NCBI RefSeq assembly: GCF_001457595.1
Contig: NZ_LN831039.1
Span: 5,040,001 to 5,072,000, forward strand
DNA: 32,000 nt
Direction of reading: 5' to 3'
From: Mycolicibacterium smegmatis
Lineage (GTDB): Bacteria; Actinomycetota; Actinomycetes; Mycobacteriales; Mycobacteriaceae
Below, one piece after another: positions 12,433 to 24,081 of the stretch. The translations under genes were made by a program, and so were the position numbers. Position 1 is the first letter of the stretch, and every line of letters starts with the position of its first letter. Below the pieces are notes generated by a model. It made no database searches and was not told the DNA's origin. It saw only the letters and a program-made list of their open reading frames with translations.

Positions 12433-12460
12433 TAGTGGACAGATTGCGAAATCTGTCTAG
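12433..12460. promoter_or_regulatory. Candidate operator palindrome between the divergent CoA ligase and TetR genes
   Basis: CTAGTGGACAGATTGCGAAATCTGTCTAG: perfect arms GACAGAT (12438-12444) and ATCTGTC (12451-12457), 25 bp upstream of the ligase start. Confidence 0.6.
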
Positions 12461-12557
12461 CACGGTTATGTCGCCGCCCGTTGGCGTTTGACCTTGGCAG
12501 AATCGGTGGGGCATCGCCGAACACTGCCCGAGCCCCACGACACCGAGGTCGCCGCAC

Positions 12558-13163
12558 TTGACCAACGCCACCGCACCGCGCAGCGTCCGTGATCGACTCA
12601 TCGACGCGGCTGAGACCTGTCTGCGGGCCAAAGGAATTCGCGCGACCACGGTTTCCGAGGTGGCCGAGGCCGCCGGGGTGTCACGCGGGTGGCTCTACCG
12701 GCATTTTCCCGACAAGGTCTCGCTGCTCGGCGCGGCGATCGTGCGTCTCAACGATGCGTACTGGTCGGACGCGCACGCGTTTCTCGCGGCGTACGACGGC
12801 CTCGACGAGAAGATCGCCGCAGGGATCCGGTACGGCAGGACGGCCTACGACGATCCGGGCGCGCTCCTGATGAAACTGCGCCTCGACGAACCCGAGGAGT
12901 TCGCGGCGTGCGCGGGCGCGGGCGTGCAGGGCCTGGTCCCCGATCTGGCGGCGTTCTGGACGCGGTATCTGCTCGCCGCGCGCGACACCGGCGAGATCCA
13001 TCCGAACACCGATATCGCCGAGGCTGCGGAATGGGTTGCGCGCGTGGTCATCTCCTTCGCGACGGTGCCCGGCGAGCAGCTCGACGCGAGTGATACCGGC
13101 GCCGTGCTGACCCACCTGCGCCGCTACGTCATGCCGGGGCTGCGCGCCGAACCGGCGAGCTGA
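12558..13163 (+). CDS. TetR/AcrR family transcriptional regulator
   Basis: 201 aa; N-terminal HTH AKGIRATTVSEVAEAAGVSRGWLYRHFPDKVSLLGAAI; divergent to the ligase gene. Confidence 0.92.
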   Translation: MTNATAPRSVRDRLIDAAETCLRAKGIRATTVSEVAEAAGVSRGWLYRHFPDKVSLLGAAIVRLNDAYWSDAHAFLAAYDGLDEKIAAGIRYGRTAYDDPGALLMKLRLDEPEEFAACAGAGVQGLVPDLAAFWTRYLLAARDTGEIHPNTDIAEAAEWVARVVISFATVPGEQLDASDTGAVLTHLRRYVMPGLRAEPAS

Positions 13164-13173
13164 TCCTCAAAAG

Positions 13174-13205
13174 CACGAAACCCCCGCCGAAGCGGGGGTT
13201 TCGTG
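13174..13205. terminator. Bidirectional hairpin between convergent tetR and rho
   Basis: CACGAAACCCCCGC-CGAA-GCGGGGGTTTCGTG: perfect 14-bp stem with a 4-nt loop. Confidence 0.85.
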
Positions 13206-13217
13206 TGAGCCGTCGGA

Positions 13218-15224
13218 TCAGTCGACGTCCATCGAGCCGGGGGCCGTCTTGGACACCTGGACCAGGAACTCGTAGTTGGTCTTGGTCTTGCGCAGCTGGC
13301 TGATCAGCAGGTCGATGGCCTGGTGGGAATCCAGCCCGCTCAACACGCGACGCAGCTTGTGCACGATCGCGAACTCGTCCGGGGACAGCAGCAGCTCGTC
13401 CTTGCGGGTGCCGGACGGGTTGACGTCGACGGCCGGGAACACCCGGCGCTCGGCGATCTTGCGGTCCAGCTTGAGCTCGGCGTTACCGGTGCCCTTGAAC
13501 TCCTCGAAGATGACGGTGTCACCGGTCGACCCGGTCTCGACCATGGCGGTCGCGATGATGGTCAACGAGCCGCCGTGCTCGATGTTGCGGGCGGCGCCGA
13601 GGAAGCGCTTGGGCGGGTACAGCGCGGTGGAGTCGACACCACCGGACAGGATGCGGCCCGACGCGGGCGAGGCGTTGTTGTACGCACGGCCCAGGCGGGT
13701 GATCGAGTCCAGCAGCACCACGACGTCCTTGCCCTGCTCCACGAGGCGCTTGGCGCGCTCGATGGCCAGCTCGGCGGCCTGCGTGTGATCTGACGGCGGG
13801 CGGTCGAACGTCGAGGCGATGACCTCGCCCTTCACCGACCGCTGCATGTCGGTCACCTCTTCGGGCCGCTCGTCGACGAGCACGACCATCAGGTGGCATT
13901 CGGGATTGTTGCGGGTGATCGCGTTGGCGATGTCCTGCAGGATCGTGGTCTTACCGGCCTTGGGCGGCGACACGATCAGGGCGCGCTGCCCCTTGCCGAT
14001 CGGCATGATCAGGTCGATCACACGCGTCGAGAGGCGCTCGGGGCTGGTCTCCAGCCGCAGCCGCTCGTTCGGGTACAGCGGCGTGAGCTTGCCGAACTCG
14101 GGGCGCTTCTTGGCGTCCTCGACCGAGCCGCCGTTGACGGTGTCCAGACGCACCAGCGGGTTGAACTTCTGGCGCTGGTTCTGGCCGCCGCTGTCGCCTT
14201 CACGCGGCACGCGCACGGCACCGGTCACGGCGTCGCCGCGGCGCAGGCCGTTCTTGCGCACCATGTTCATCGAGACGTACACGTCGTTCGGCCCGGCCAG
14301 GTAGCCCGAGGTCCGCACGAACGCGTAGTTGTCCAGGACGTCGAGGATGCCCGCGACGGGCTGCACGACGTCGTCCTCGCGCAGTTCGGTGTCGTTGCCA
14401 CCCTCGCCGCCGCGCTCACCGCGCCTGCGGCGGTCACGGAACCGGCGGCCGCGACGGCCCTGGCGGCCCTCGCCGTCGTCGTCGGAATCGGCGTTGTTGC
14501 CCGAACCGCCACCGCGGTTCTGCTGGCCGCCGCCCTGCTGGTCCTGGTCACGCTCGGAACGGTCCTGCTTGCCCTGGTCCTGCTTGCCGTCCTGGCCGTC
14601 CTTCTCGCCACGGTCGGAGCGGTCCTGCCTGCCGGAACGCTCACGGCGCTGACGGGGCTGGGACTCCTGGGACTCGCCGGCCTCGGGTGCCTCGGCAGCC
14701 TTGGTCTGGGCTTCTTTGGCGGGCTTGTCGGCCTTTTCGGCGCGTTCGGTCTTGGCTTCGGCAGGAGCTTCGGCCTTGGCTTCGGGCTGCGCCTCGGTCT
14801 TGGCCTCGGGCTGCGCCTCGGTCTTGGCCTCAGACTTGGCCTCAGCCTTTTCGCCGGCCTCACCCTTCTCGGCGACAGGAGCGCCGGCCTGGCGGGTGGA
14901 AGCACGACGTTCGCGGCGACGCGGGGCGGGCGCCTCGGCGGCCTGCTCGCCGGTCTGGGCGTCGGCGGTCGCCGGGCTGCTGGCCTCAGCGGTCCGGCCG
15001 TTGGATTCGCCTCGGTGGGCGCGAATGGCGGCGATCAGCTCACTCTTGCGCAGACCGGACGCACCTTCAACACCGATTTCCTTGGCGAGTGCGCGCAGCT
15101 CCGGCAACACCATCGTCGAAAGCGACGCGGACCGGGCGCGCGGCGCGGTGTTCGATTTCACAGCACCCGACAAATCGCCAGTGTCGCTGGCATTGTCAGC
15201 TGTGAAGAGGTCCGTTTCAGTCAC
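13218..15224 (-). CDS. rho: Transcription termination factor Rho with long low-complexity N-terminal insertion
   Basis: PIGKGQRALIVSPPKAGKTTILQDIA, DSITRLGRAYN; GTG start at 15224 behind AAGAAAGGAAATCC, preferred over 15287. Confidence 0.96.
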   Translation of the reverse strand: MTETDLFTADNASDTGDLSGAVKSNTAPRARSASLSTMVLPELRALAKEIGVEGASGLRKSELIAAIRAHRGESNGRTAEASSPATADAQTGEQAAEAPAPRRRERRASTRQAGAPVAEKGEAGEKAEAKSEAKTEAQPEAKTEAQPEAKAEAPAEAKTERAEKADKPAKEAQTKAAEAPEAGESQESQPRQRRERSGRQDRSDRGEKDGQDGKQDQGKQDRSERDQDQQGGGQQNRGGGSGNNADSDDDGEGRQGRRGRRFRDRRRRGERGGEGGNDTELREDDVVQPVAGILDVLDNYAFVRTSGYLAGPNDVYVSMNMVRKNGLRRGDAVTGAVRVPREGDSGGQNQRQKFNPLVRLDTVNGGSVEDAKKRPEFGKLTPLYPNERLRLETSPERLSTRVIDLIMPIGKGQRALIVSPPKAGKTTILQDIANAITRNNPECHLMVVLVDERPEEVTDMQRSVKGEVIASTFDRPPSDHTQAAELAIERAKRLVEQGKDVVVLLDSITRLGRAYNNASPASGRILSGGVDSTALYPPKRFLGAARNIEHGGSLTIIATAMVETGSTGDTVIFEEFKGTGNAELKLDRKIAERRVFPAVDVNPSGTRKDELLLSPDEFAIVHKLRRVLSGLDSHQAIDLLISQLRKTKTNYEFLVQVSKTAPGSMDVD
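14785..14832 (-). repeat. 24-bp tandem duplication inside the Rho insertion
   Basis: GGCTGCGCCTCGGTCTTGGCCTCG followed by GGCTGCGCCTCGGTCTTGGCCTCA (1 mismatch); encodes KTEAQPEA-type repeats. Confidence 0.85.
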
Positions 15225-15282
15225 GGATTTCCTTTCTTTCCCCCGCTGATTTCGTCGGGCGAGGGCTCCCCAAAGGTCGATG

Positions 15283-15308
15283 CGCATTCAGCACGTCCGC
15301 TGAATGCG
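15283..15308. promoter_or_regulatory. Perfect inverted repeat in the rho upstream/leader region
   Basis: CGCATTCAGC-ACGTCC-GCTGAATGCG, 10-bp arms, about 60 bp upstream of the rho GTG. Confidence 0.5.
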
Positions 15309-15511
15309 TGACTCACACCGTCGCCTGTGCAACGGCGATCGCCACGATCCGCGCCGCGATGCGGCGAACCATCAGTCCACGAGTAGAACACGAGAAGATT
15401 GGGTGGTCGTCCTGGTGTCGACGCAGGCGAGAACCCTGCGAGTGCTGGACGAGAGCGAGAATAGCCCTCTTCGGAGCAGGAATCAAGAAAAGTGGTGCTC
15501 CGCGTGTCCGC

Positions 15512-17557
<2,046 letters not shown>

Positions 17558-17561
<4 letters not shown>

Positions 17562-18877
17562 GAGTTCGTTCCTTCCAGTCGCAGAACGCTGTTGATGTTC
17601 TGCACGACGTCGAGATCGGCCAGCGCCTCGACGGTTTCCGACAGCGCGGCGTCGGTGGCCGAGTGGGTGACCACGACGATGCGGGCGCCGCACGGCTTGC
17701 CCACCTCGTCGACCATGCCCTCCTGGCGCACCTCGGAGATGCTGACCTCGCGCTTGGCGAATTCGGCTGCCACAGCGGACAACACGCCGGGCCGGTCGGC
17801 CACGTTCATGTTGACGTAATAGCGCGTCGGGATGAACCCGATGGGCGCGATCGGCAGCTTGGCGTACTTCGATTCGCGTGGGCCACGGCCGCCCTGGACA
17901 CGGTTGCGCGCCGCCATGACCACGTCTCCCATCACCGCAGAGGCGGTGGGGGCACCGCCGGCGCCTTGACCGTAGAACATGAGCCGCCCGGCCGCCTCGG
18001 CTTCCACCACCACCGCGTTGAACGCACCGTTGACCGCGGCCAGCGGGTGGGTCAGCGGGACGAGCGCCGGGTAGACGCGGGCCGAGACCCGGTCCTTGCC
18101 CTCGTCGGAGGTGAGCCGCTCGCAGATCGCGAGCAGTTTGATGGTGCAGCCCAGCGCGCGTGCCGACGCGAAGTCCTCGGCGCTGACCGTGGTGATGCCC
18201 TCGCGGTACACGTCGTCGGCGGTCACACGGGTGTGGAACGCGATCGAGGCGAGGATCGCGGCCTTGGCCGCGGCGTCGTAGCCCTCGACGTCGGCGGTGG
18301 GATCGGCCTCTGCGTAACCGAGGGCGCTCGCATCGGCCAGCGCGCTGGTGTAATCGGCGCCGGTGCTGTCCATCTCGGACAGGATGTAGTTGGTGGTGCC
18401 GTTGACGATGCCGGCCACGCGGCGCACCGTGTCACCGGCCAGCGACTGGGTCAGCGGGCGGATCACCGGGATGGCGCCGGCCACCGCGGCCTCGAAATAC
18501 AGGTCCACATGGGCCTTCTCGGCGGCCTGGGCGAGCTCGCCGGTGGACATGGCCATCAGCGCCTTGTTGGCGGTGACCACCGACTTGCCCTGCTCCAGCG
18601 CCGACAGGATGGCCTTGCGTGCCGGTTCGACGGGGCCCATGACCTCGACGACGATGTCGACGTCGTCACGCGACACCAGCGCGTCGATGTCGTCGGTGAG
18701 CAGTTCCGTGGGCACGCCGCGGTCGTCGGCCACACGGCGCACGCCGACGCCGCGCAGTTCCAGCGGCGCACCGATGCGCGCCGCGAGATCATCGGCGCTG
18801 TCGGCGATGATGCGCACGACCTCGCTGCCGACGTTCCCCAGGCCCAGTACCGCTACCCCGATGGGCTTCTTACTCAT
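17558..18877 (-). CDS. hom: Homoserine dehydrogenase
   Basis: [62 protein letters not shown]-terminal ACT domain. Confidence 0.96.
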
Positions 18878-20298
18878 TGACCCTTCACCTCCAGGCTCAG
18901 AAGATCCTCGACGGTCTCCCGTCGCAGCACCAGACGTGCCTGGCCGTCGGCGACGGCCACCACAGCGGGGCGGCACAGCAGGTTGTATCGACTCGACATC
19001 GAGTAGCAGTACGCGCCGGTCGCGGCGACACCGATCAGGTCGCCGGGCGCGATGTCGTCGGACACCCAGGTGTCGCGGACGACGATATCGCCACTCTCAC
19101 AGTGTTTTCCGACGATCCGCGCCAGTGCGGGCGGAGCGTCGCTGACGCGTGACACCAACCGGGCGTCGTACTGCGCGGCGTACAGCGACGTGCGGATGTT
19201 GTCGCTCATGCCGCCGTCGACGCTGACGTAGCGGCGGTGCGCGGTCTGGCTGACGGCCACGTCCTTGACCGTGCCGACCTCGTAGAGCGTGATGGTGCCC
19301 GGGCCCGCGATGGCGCGTCCGGGTTCCACCACGAGCTTGGGCGTGGGCAGCCCGACCGCGGCCGACTCGGTGCGCACGATCTCCAGCAGCTTGTCGGCCA
19401 GTTCCTTCATGGGCGGCGGATCGTCGTGCGGCAGGTACGAGATACCCAGTCCGCCACCGAGATCCACGATGGACATCTGCGAGGTCTTCTCCACGCCGAA
19501 CTCGGCGACCACGTCGCGCAGCAGCCCGATCACGCGGTGCGCGGCGATCTCGAACCCGGCGACGTCGAAGATCTGCGAGCCGATGTGGCTGTGCAGGCCC
19601 ACCAGGCGCAGGTTGTCGGTCGCGAAGACCCGGCGGATCGCGTTCATCGCCGCACCCGTGGCCAGCGACAAACCGAACTTCTGATCCTCGTGCGCGGTCG
19701 AGATGAACTCGTGGGTGTGGGCCTCCACGCCCACGGTGACGCGCACCAGCACGTCCTGGACCACGCCTGCCGCACCGGCGATCTGATCGAGGCGCTCGAT
19801 CTCGATCTCGGAGTCCAGCACGACGTGGCCCACGCCTGCCTGCACCGCGGCGGTGAGTTCGGCGACGGATTTGTTGTTGCCGTGCACCGTGATCCGCGAG
19901 GCCGGGAATCCGGCGTGCAGCGCGACGGCCAGTTCTCCCCCGGTCGCGACGTCGAGGGACAGGCCTTCCTCGTCGACCCAGCGCGCGATCTCCGAGCACA
20001 GGAACGCCTTGGCCGCGTAGTGCACGTACTCGCCGCCGCCGAACGCCGCGGCGATGTCGCGGCAGCGCGTGCGGAAGTCGTCCTCGTCGATCACGAACAG
20101 CGGTGTGCCGAACTTCGCGGCCAGGTCGGTCACCGGCACCCCGGCGATCGTCACCACCCCGTCGGCACCGCGAACCAGGTTGCGCGGCCACACGTTCGGG
20201 GCCAGCAGCATGATCTCGTCCGGGCTCTGCGGCTTGTCGGGCACATCCGCGTGGTGCAGTTCCTCGGCGTGCCTGGGCCCGGCCGGATGCGCGTTCAC
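18874..20298 (-). CDS. lysA: Diaminopimelate decarboxylase
   Basis: [35 protein letters not shown]; GTG start at 20298 overlapping the argS stop. Confidence 0.96.
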   Translation of the reverse strand: MNAHPAGPRHAEELHHADVPDKPQSPDEIMLLAPNVWPRNLVRGADGVVTIAGVPVTDLAAKFGTPLFVIDEDDFRTRCRDIAAAFGGGEYVHYAAKAFLCSEIARWVDEEGLSLDVATGGELAVALHAGFPASRITVHGNNKSVAELTAAVQAGVGHVVLDSEIEIERLDQIAGAAGVVQDVLVRVTVGVEAHTHEFISTAHEDQKFGLSLATGAAMNAIRRVFATDNLRLVGLHSHIGSQIFDVAGFEIAAHRVIGLLRDVVAEFGVEKTSQMSIVDLGGGLGISYLPHDDPPPMKELADKLLEIVRTESAAVGLPTPKLVVEPGRAIAGPGTITLYEVGTVKDVAVSQTAHRRYVSVDGGMSDNIRTSLYAAQYDARLVSRVSDAPPALARIVGKHCESGDIVVRDTWVSDDIAPGDLIGVAATGAYCYSMSSRYNLLCRPAVVAVADGQARLVLRRETVEDLLSLEVKGQ

Positions 20299-21947
20299 AT
20301 CCGCTCCGGTGCGCTGACGCCGAGGATCGCCAGGCCGTTGGCGATCACCTGGCGGGTCGCGCGGCACAACGCGAGGCGCGCCGAGTGCAGATCGCCGGGC
20401 TCCTCGTCGCCCTGCGGCAGCACGCGGCACGAGTCGTAGAAGCGGTGGTAGTCGCCGGCCAGGTCCTCCAGGTAGCGGCAGACGCGGTGCGGTTCGCGCA
20501 GCGAGGCCGCGGTCTTGAGCACACGCGGGAACTCACCCAGGTTGCGGATGAGCGCGCCCTCTTTGTCGTGTGTGAGCAGGTCCAGGTGGTCGGTGCTCAC
20601 GCTCACGCCCAGATCGGCGGCGTTGCGCGCCAGCGCGCACAGCCGCGCGTGGGCGTACTGCACGTAATAGACCGGGTTCTCGTTGGACGCGCTCGACCAC
20701 AGTTCGAGGTCGATGTCGATCGGGGTGTCCACCGACGAGCGGATCAGCGCGTACCGTGCGGCGTCGACCCCGATGGCCTCGACGAGGTCGTCGAGCGTGA
20801 TCACGGTGCCGGCGCGCTTGCTCATCCGCACGGGCTGGCCGTCGCGCACGAGGTTGACCATCTGGCCGATGAGCACCTCGACGGTGTCCGGATCGTCGCC
20901 GAGCGCGGCCGCGGCGGCCTTCAGGCGCGCGATGTAGCCGTGGTGGTCGGCGCCCAGCATGTAGATACACAGGTCGAACCCGCGCTTGCGCTTGTCCAGG
21001 TAGTACGCGAGGTCGCCGGCGATGTAGGCGGCGTTGCCGTCGCTCTTGATCACCACGCGGTCCTTGTCGTCACCGAAGTCGGTGGTGCGCAGCCAGACCG
21101 CGCCGTCCTTCTCGTAGATGTTGCCGGTCTCGCGCAGCTGGGTGATGGCCTGGTCGACGCGGCCCGAGGTGTGCATCGAGTCCTCGTGCGTGTACACGTC
21201 GAAGTCGGTGCCGAAGTCGTGCAACGACTGCTTGATGTGGGTGAACATCAGGTCGACGCCGATGGCGCGGAACGTCTCGCGCTGCTGGTCCTCGGGGAGA
21301 CCGAGCACGTCGGGCGCCTTGGCGATGACCTGCTGAGCGATGTCGACGATGTAGTCACCGGCATAGCCGTCCTCGGGGGTCGGCTCCCCCTTGGCCGAGG
21401 CGATCAGCGAGTTGACGAACCGGTCGATCTGCGCGCCGTGGTCGTTGAAGTAGTACTCACGCGTGACGGCCGCGCCCTGCGTCGCGAGCAGCCGCCCCAG
21501 CGCGTCGCCCACCGCGGCCCAGCGGGTGCCGCCGATGTGGATGGGGCCGGTGGGGTTGGCCGACACGAACTCCAGGTTGACGTTGCGGCCCGCGTACTGG
21601 CCGGACGAGCCGTAGCCGCCGTCGGCGGCCAGCACGTTGGTGATGATGACGCCCTGCGCCGACGCCTCGATGCGCAGGTTGACGAAGCCGGGCCCGGCGA
21701 CCTCGGCCGCGGCGATGCCGTCGGCCGCGGCCAGCGCCGTGGCGAGCCAGCCGGCCAGCTCACGCGGGTTGACGCCGACCTTCTTACCGAGCTGCAGCGC
21801 GAGGTTGGTCGCGTAGTCGCCGTGCTCGGGGTTGCGAGGACGCTCGACCGTGACGGTGGCGGGCAGCGCGGCCACGTCCAGGTCGTGTTCGGTCAGCACT
21901 GCGGCAGCAGTGGCCTTGAGCAGCTCAGCAAGGTCGGCGGGGGTCAC
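20295..21947 (-). CDS. argS: Arginyl-tRNA synthetase
   Basis: [29 protein letters not shown] class I signature, MSKR-like MSKRAGTV motif. Confidence 0.97.
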   Translation of the reverse strand: MTPADLAELLKATAAAVLTEHDLDVAALPATVTVERPRNPEHGDYATNLALQLGKKVGVNPRELAGWLATALAAADGIAAAEVAGPGFVNLRIEASAQGVIITNVLAADGGYGSSGQYAGRNVNLEFVSANPTGPIHIGGTRWAAVGDALGRLLATQGAAVTREYYFNDHGAQIDRFVNSLIASAKGEPTPEDGYAGDYIVDIAQQVIAKAPDVLGLPEDQQRETFRAIGVDLMFTHIKQSLHDFGTDFDVYTHEDSMHTSGRVDQAITQLRETGNIYEKDGAVWLRTTDFGDDKDRVVIKSDGNAAYIAGDLAYYLDKRKRGFDLCIYMLGADHHGYIARLKAAAAALGDDPDTVEVLIGQMVNLVRDGQPVRMSKRAGTVITLDDLVEAIGVDAARYALIRSSVDTPIDIDLELWSSASNENPVYYVQYAHARLCALARNAADLGVSVSTDHLDLLTHDKEGALIRNLGEFPRVLKTAASLREPHRVCRYLEDLAGDYHRFYDSCRVLPQGDEEPGDLHSARLALCRATRQVIANGLAILGVSAPERM

Positions 21948-22055
21948 GAGGGTCCATCCTATGGTCTGGGGTCGCCCAGCCCCGAATCCGTATTCGCCGA
22001 CGGATGCGCTACGCTATCGGAGCCCAATCGGCGCAGTCTGGTTTTCAGATCAAGC

Positions 22056-22131
22056 GCCCCCGTAGCTCAGGGGATAGAGCGTCTGCCTCCGGAGCAGAAG
22101 GCCGCAGGTTCGAATCCTGCCGGGGGCACCA
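22056..22131 (+). tRNA. tRNA-Arg (anticodon CCG), CCA encoded
   Basis: GCCCCCGTAGCTCAGGGGATAGAGCGTCTGCCTCCGGAGCAGAAGGCCGCAGGTTCGAATCCTGCCGGGGGCACCA: acceptor GCCCCCG/CGGGGGC, anticodon arm TCTGC-CTCCGGA-GCAGA, T-arm GCAGG-TTCGAAT-CCTGC. Confidence 0.97.
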
Positions 22132-22345
22132 CCTCAAAAACCGCCTCTCACCAGGAGATACGGTTTAATCCGACGGCCCTTCCCGGCAACCCTCAACAAT
22201 CATCGAACGATTTATCGCCTTCGCTGGAGTGTTGGATTCGTTAGCTGACTCCCACCCACCAGCCCTGGCGATTCGTTCGACGCTGCTGACAAGATCATGT
22301 GGAAGGATCGTCCGCGCCGAAGTACCGACGCCATGTGGGGGCCGA

Positions 22346-23935
22346 ATGAGCGATCCTATGCAAATCGCGCGACTTATTGATCGTGTGCTGCGTGGCGAAA
22401 TCCGCGTACCCGGCTTCCAGCGCGATTTCGTGTGGGAGCCCGACCGCGCAGCACTGTTGATGGATAGCATTTACAAGGAATATCCTTTTGGATCAATATT
22501 ACTGTGGCGAACTCGAAATCAATTGAAGACCGAGAAAAAGCTCGGAACGTTCGAGTTGCCCGAACCCGAAGCCGATTACCCCATCGACTACGTCCTCGAC
22601 GGACAACAACGAATCACATCAATATTCTCGACATTCCAAACCGTGCTGCCGCCATCTGACGAAGACCCAGAAGTATGGCTTCCGATATATTACGATTTCG
22701 GCGCTAAAGCGGACGCTCAAGACTCACAATTCCAAGCACTGTCGAAATCGCAAGTTGACGTTGCTAGACACTTTCCTCTGGCGGTGTTCTTTGACCCGGT
22801 TGAGTTCGCAGCGAAACAACGTGAATACGAACTTGACGACGATCGACTGAGAGAAATAGTAACCGTCCAATCTAGATTTTCTGGGGCCCTCATTCCGGTT
22901 GAGACTTTCTCGGGCGAGGATCGAACGAGCGTCGCCATAGTCTTCGAGCGGGTTAATCGGCAAGGCGTAAAACTCGACACTTTCCAACTGTTGACCGCAT
23001 GGACGTGGAGCGAGGAGTTTGATTTACAAGAGAAGTTCAAAGATCTGGCCGAACGTTTTGAGTCGTTCGGCTTTGAAGACATCGGCACGGATAACGATCT
23101 AATGTTGCGCTGCGCATCCGCCGTTTTGCGGGCAGACCCGTCGCCGACCGCATTGATCGACATCAATGGCGCAGAAGTTCGCGAGAAATTCGATGTGATC
23201 GTGAAGGCGCTCGACCGAACAGTCGACTACCTGAGAAATGAAATGCAAGTACGGCATCTCAAGTTTCTGCCGTACGCCGGTCTACTTATTCCACTTTGTG
23301 CGTACTTCTCCCGTAAACAGTCGACCGGCATCAGCGATGCGGACAATAGGGTCCTGCGACGATGGTTCTGGCGAACTACTTTCACCCATCGCTATAGCGG
23401 TAATCCGTCACGCAGCGTCAAGCGGGATGTAGAGGCCGCGATCGAATTGCGTGAAGGTAATGAGTCGTCGCTGGACAAGCTTGATGCCGAAATTGGGACG
23501 GACTTCTATCTTGGAAACACATTCAATAACCGAACTGTAGCTACTCGCGCCTTCATTTTGCAATTGGCGGCCCACTCCCCTAGATCGTTCATCAGTGGCG
23601 GAACGATCACACTGGACGACGTACTGTCTGAACCTAACCGACGCGAATACCACCATTGTTATCCGAAAGCGTATGTAGCCAACTCCGGGGCAACGTCGAT
23701 CTACGACGTCAACTGCCTTGCGAACTTTGCGTTTCTCAGCCGATCCGAAAACCGCGAGATTTCGGACAAAGCACCCTCGGTCTATCGCTCGCTCATGGCG
23801 GACAACGTAGACGACATCCTGGCCTCACAAGTCATTCATCAGAATCTGTTCAATGATGATTTCGACGAATTCCTGCGAGAACGCGCCCTGATGCTGGTGT
23901 TCGATGCGGGGAACTTGATGGACGTGAGTAACTGA
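22346..23935 (+). CDS. DUF262 (GmrS/ParB-like) protein with HNH-like C-terminal region; candidate type IV restriction/defense nuclease
   Basis: N-terminus IRVPGFQRDFVWEPDRAALLMDSIYKEYPFGSILLWRT ... YVLDGQQRITSIF; C-terminus YHHCYPKAYVANSG...YDVNCLANFAFLSRSENREISDKAPSVY. Confidence 0.8.
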   Translation: MSDPMQIARLIDRVLRGEIRVPGFQRDFVWEPDRAALLMDSIYKEYPFGSILLWRTRNQLKTEKKLGTFELPEPEADYPIDYVLDGQQRITSIFSTFQTVLPPSDEDPEVWLPIYYDFGAKADAQDSQFQALSKSQVDVARHFPLAVFFDPVEFAAKQREYELDDDRLREIVTVQSRFSGALIPVETFSGEDRTSVAIVFERVNRQGVKLDTFQLLTAWTWSEEFDLQEKFKDLAERFESFGFEDIGTDNDLMLRCASAVLRADPSPTALIDINGAEVREKFDVIVKALDRTVDYLRNEMQVRHLKFLPYAGLLIPLCAYFSRKQSTGISDADNRVLRRWFWRTTFTHRYSGNPSRSVKRDVEAAIELREGNESSLDKLDAEIGTDFYLGNTFNNRTVATRAFILQLAAHSPRSFISGGTITLDDVLSEPNRREYHHCYPKAYVANSGATSIYDVNCLANFAFLSRSENREISDKAPSVYRSLMADNVDDILASQVIHQNLFNDDFDEFLRERALMLVFDAGNLMDVSN

Positions 23936-23937
23936 AC

Positions 23938-24081
23938 GTGGGTACGGCCCGTCAGACCTCGAACAAGCCTTCCGCTTCCTCGGCTGCGGTGATCCGCGCG
24001 GCTCGTATCAACAACATCGGCACAGCCGGTCACGCACGACTGCACCGCCCACAGCGAGCGTTGCCGCGTGGCCGGTCATGA
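23938..24081 (+). other. Short ORF (47 aa, GTG start) carrying the conserved VIRAARINNIGTAGHARLHRPQRALPRG peptide; remnant or microprotein
   Basis: Open frame VGTARQTSNKPSASSAAVIRAARINNIGTAGHARLHRPQRALPRGRS-stop; second copy at 29775-29861. Not in the supplied ORF list. Confidence 0.5.
23986..24072 (+). repeat. Copy 1 of a diverged 87-bp direct repeat (coding)
   Basis: 70/87 identical to 29775-29861 by manual alignment; 28/29 residues identical. Confidence 0.85.

Noticed and set aside
13893-15311. 472-aa plus-strand ORF antisense to rho with long Leu/Ala/Gly repeats
   Set aside because: Shadow of the low-complexity Rho insertion, not a repeat protein.
22717-23166. 149-aa minus-strand ORF inside the DUF262 gene
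   Set aside because: Overlaps the motif-bearing DUF262 frame and has no recognisable features.
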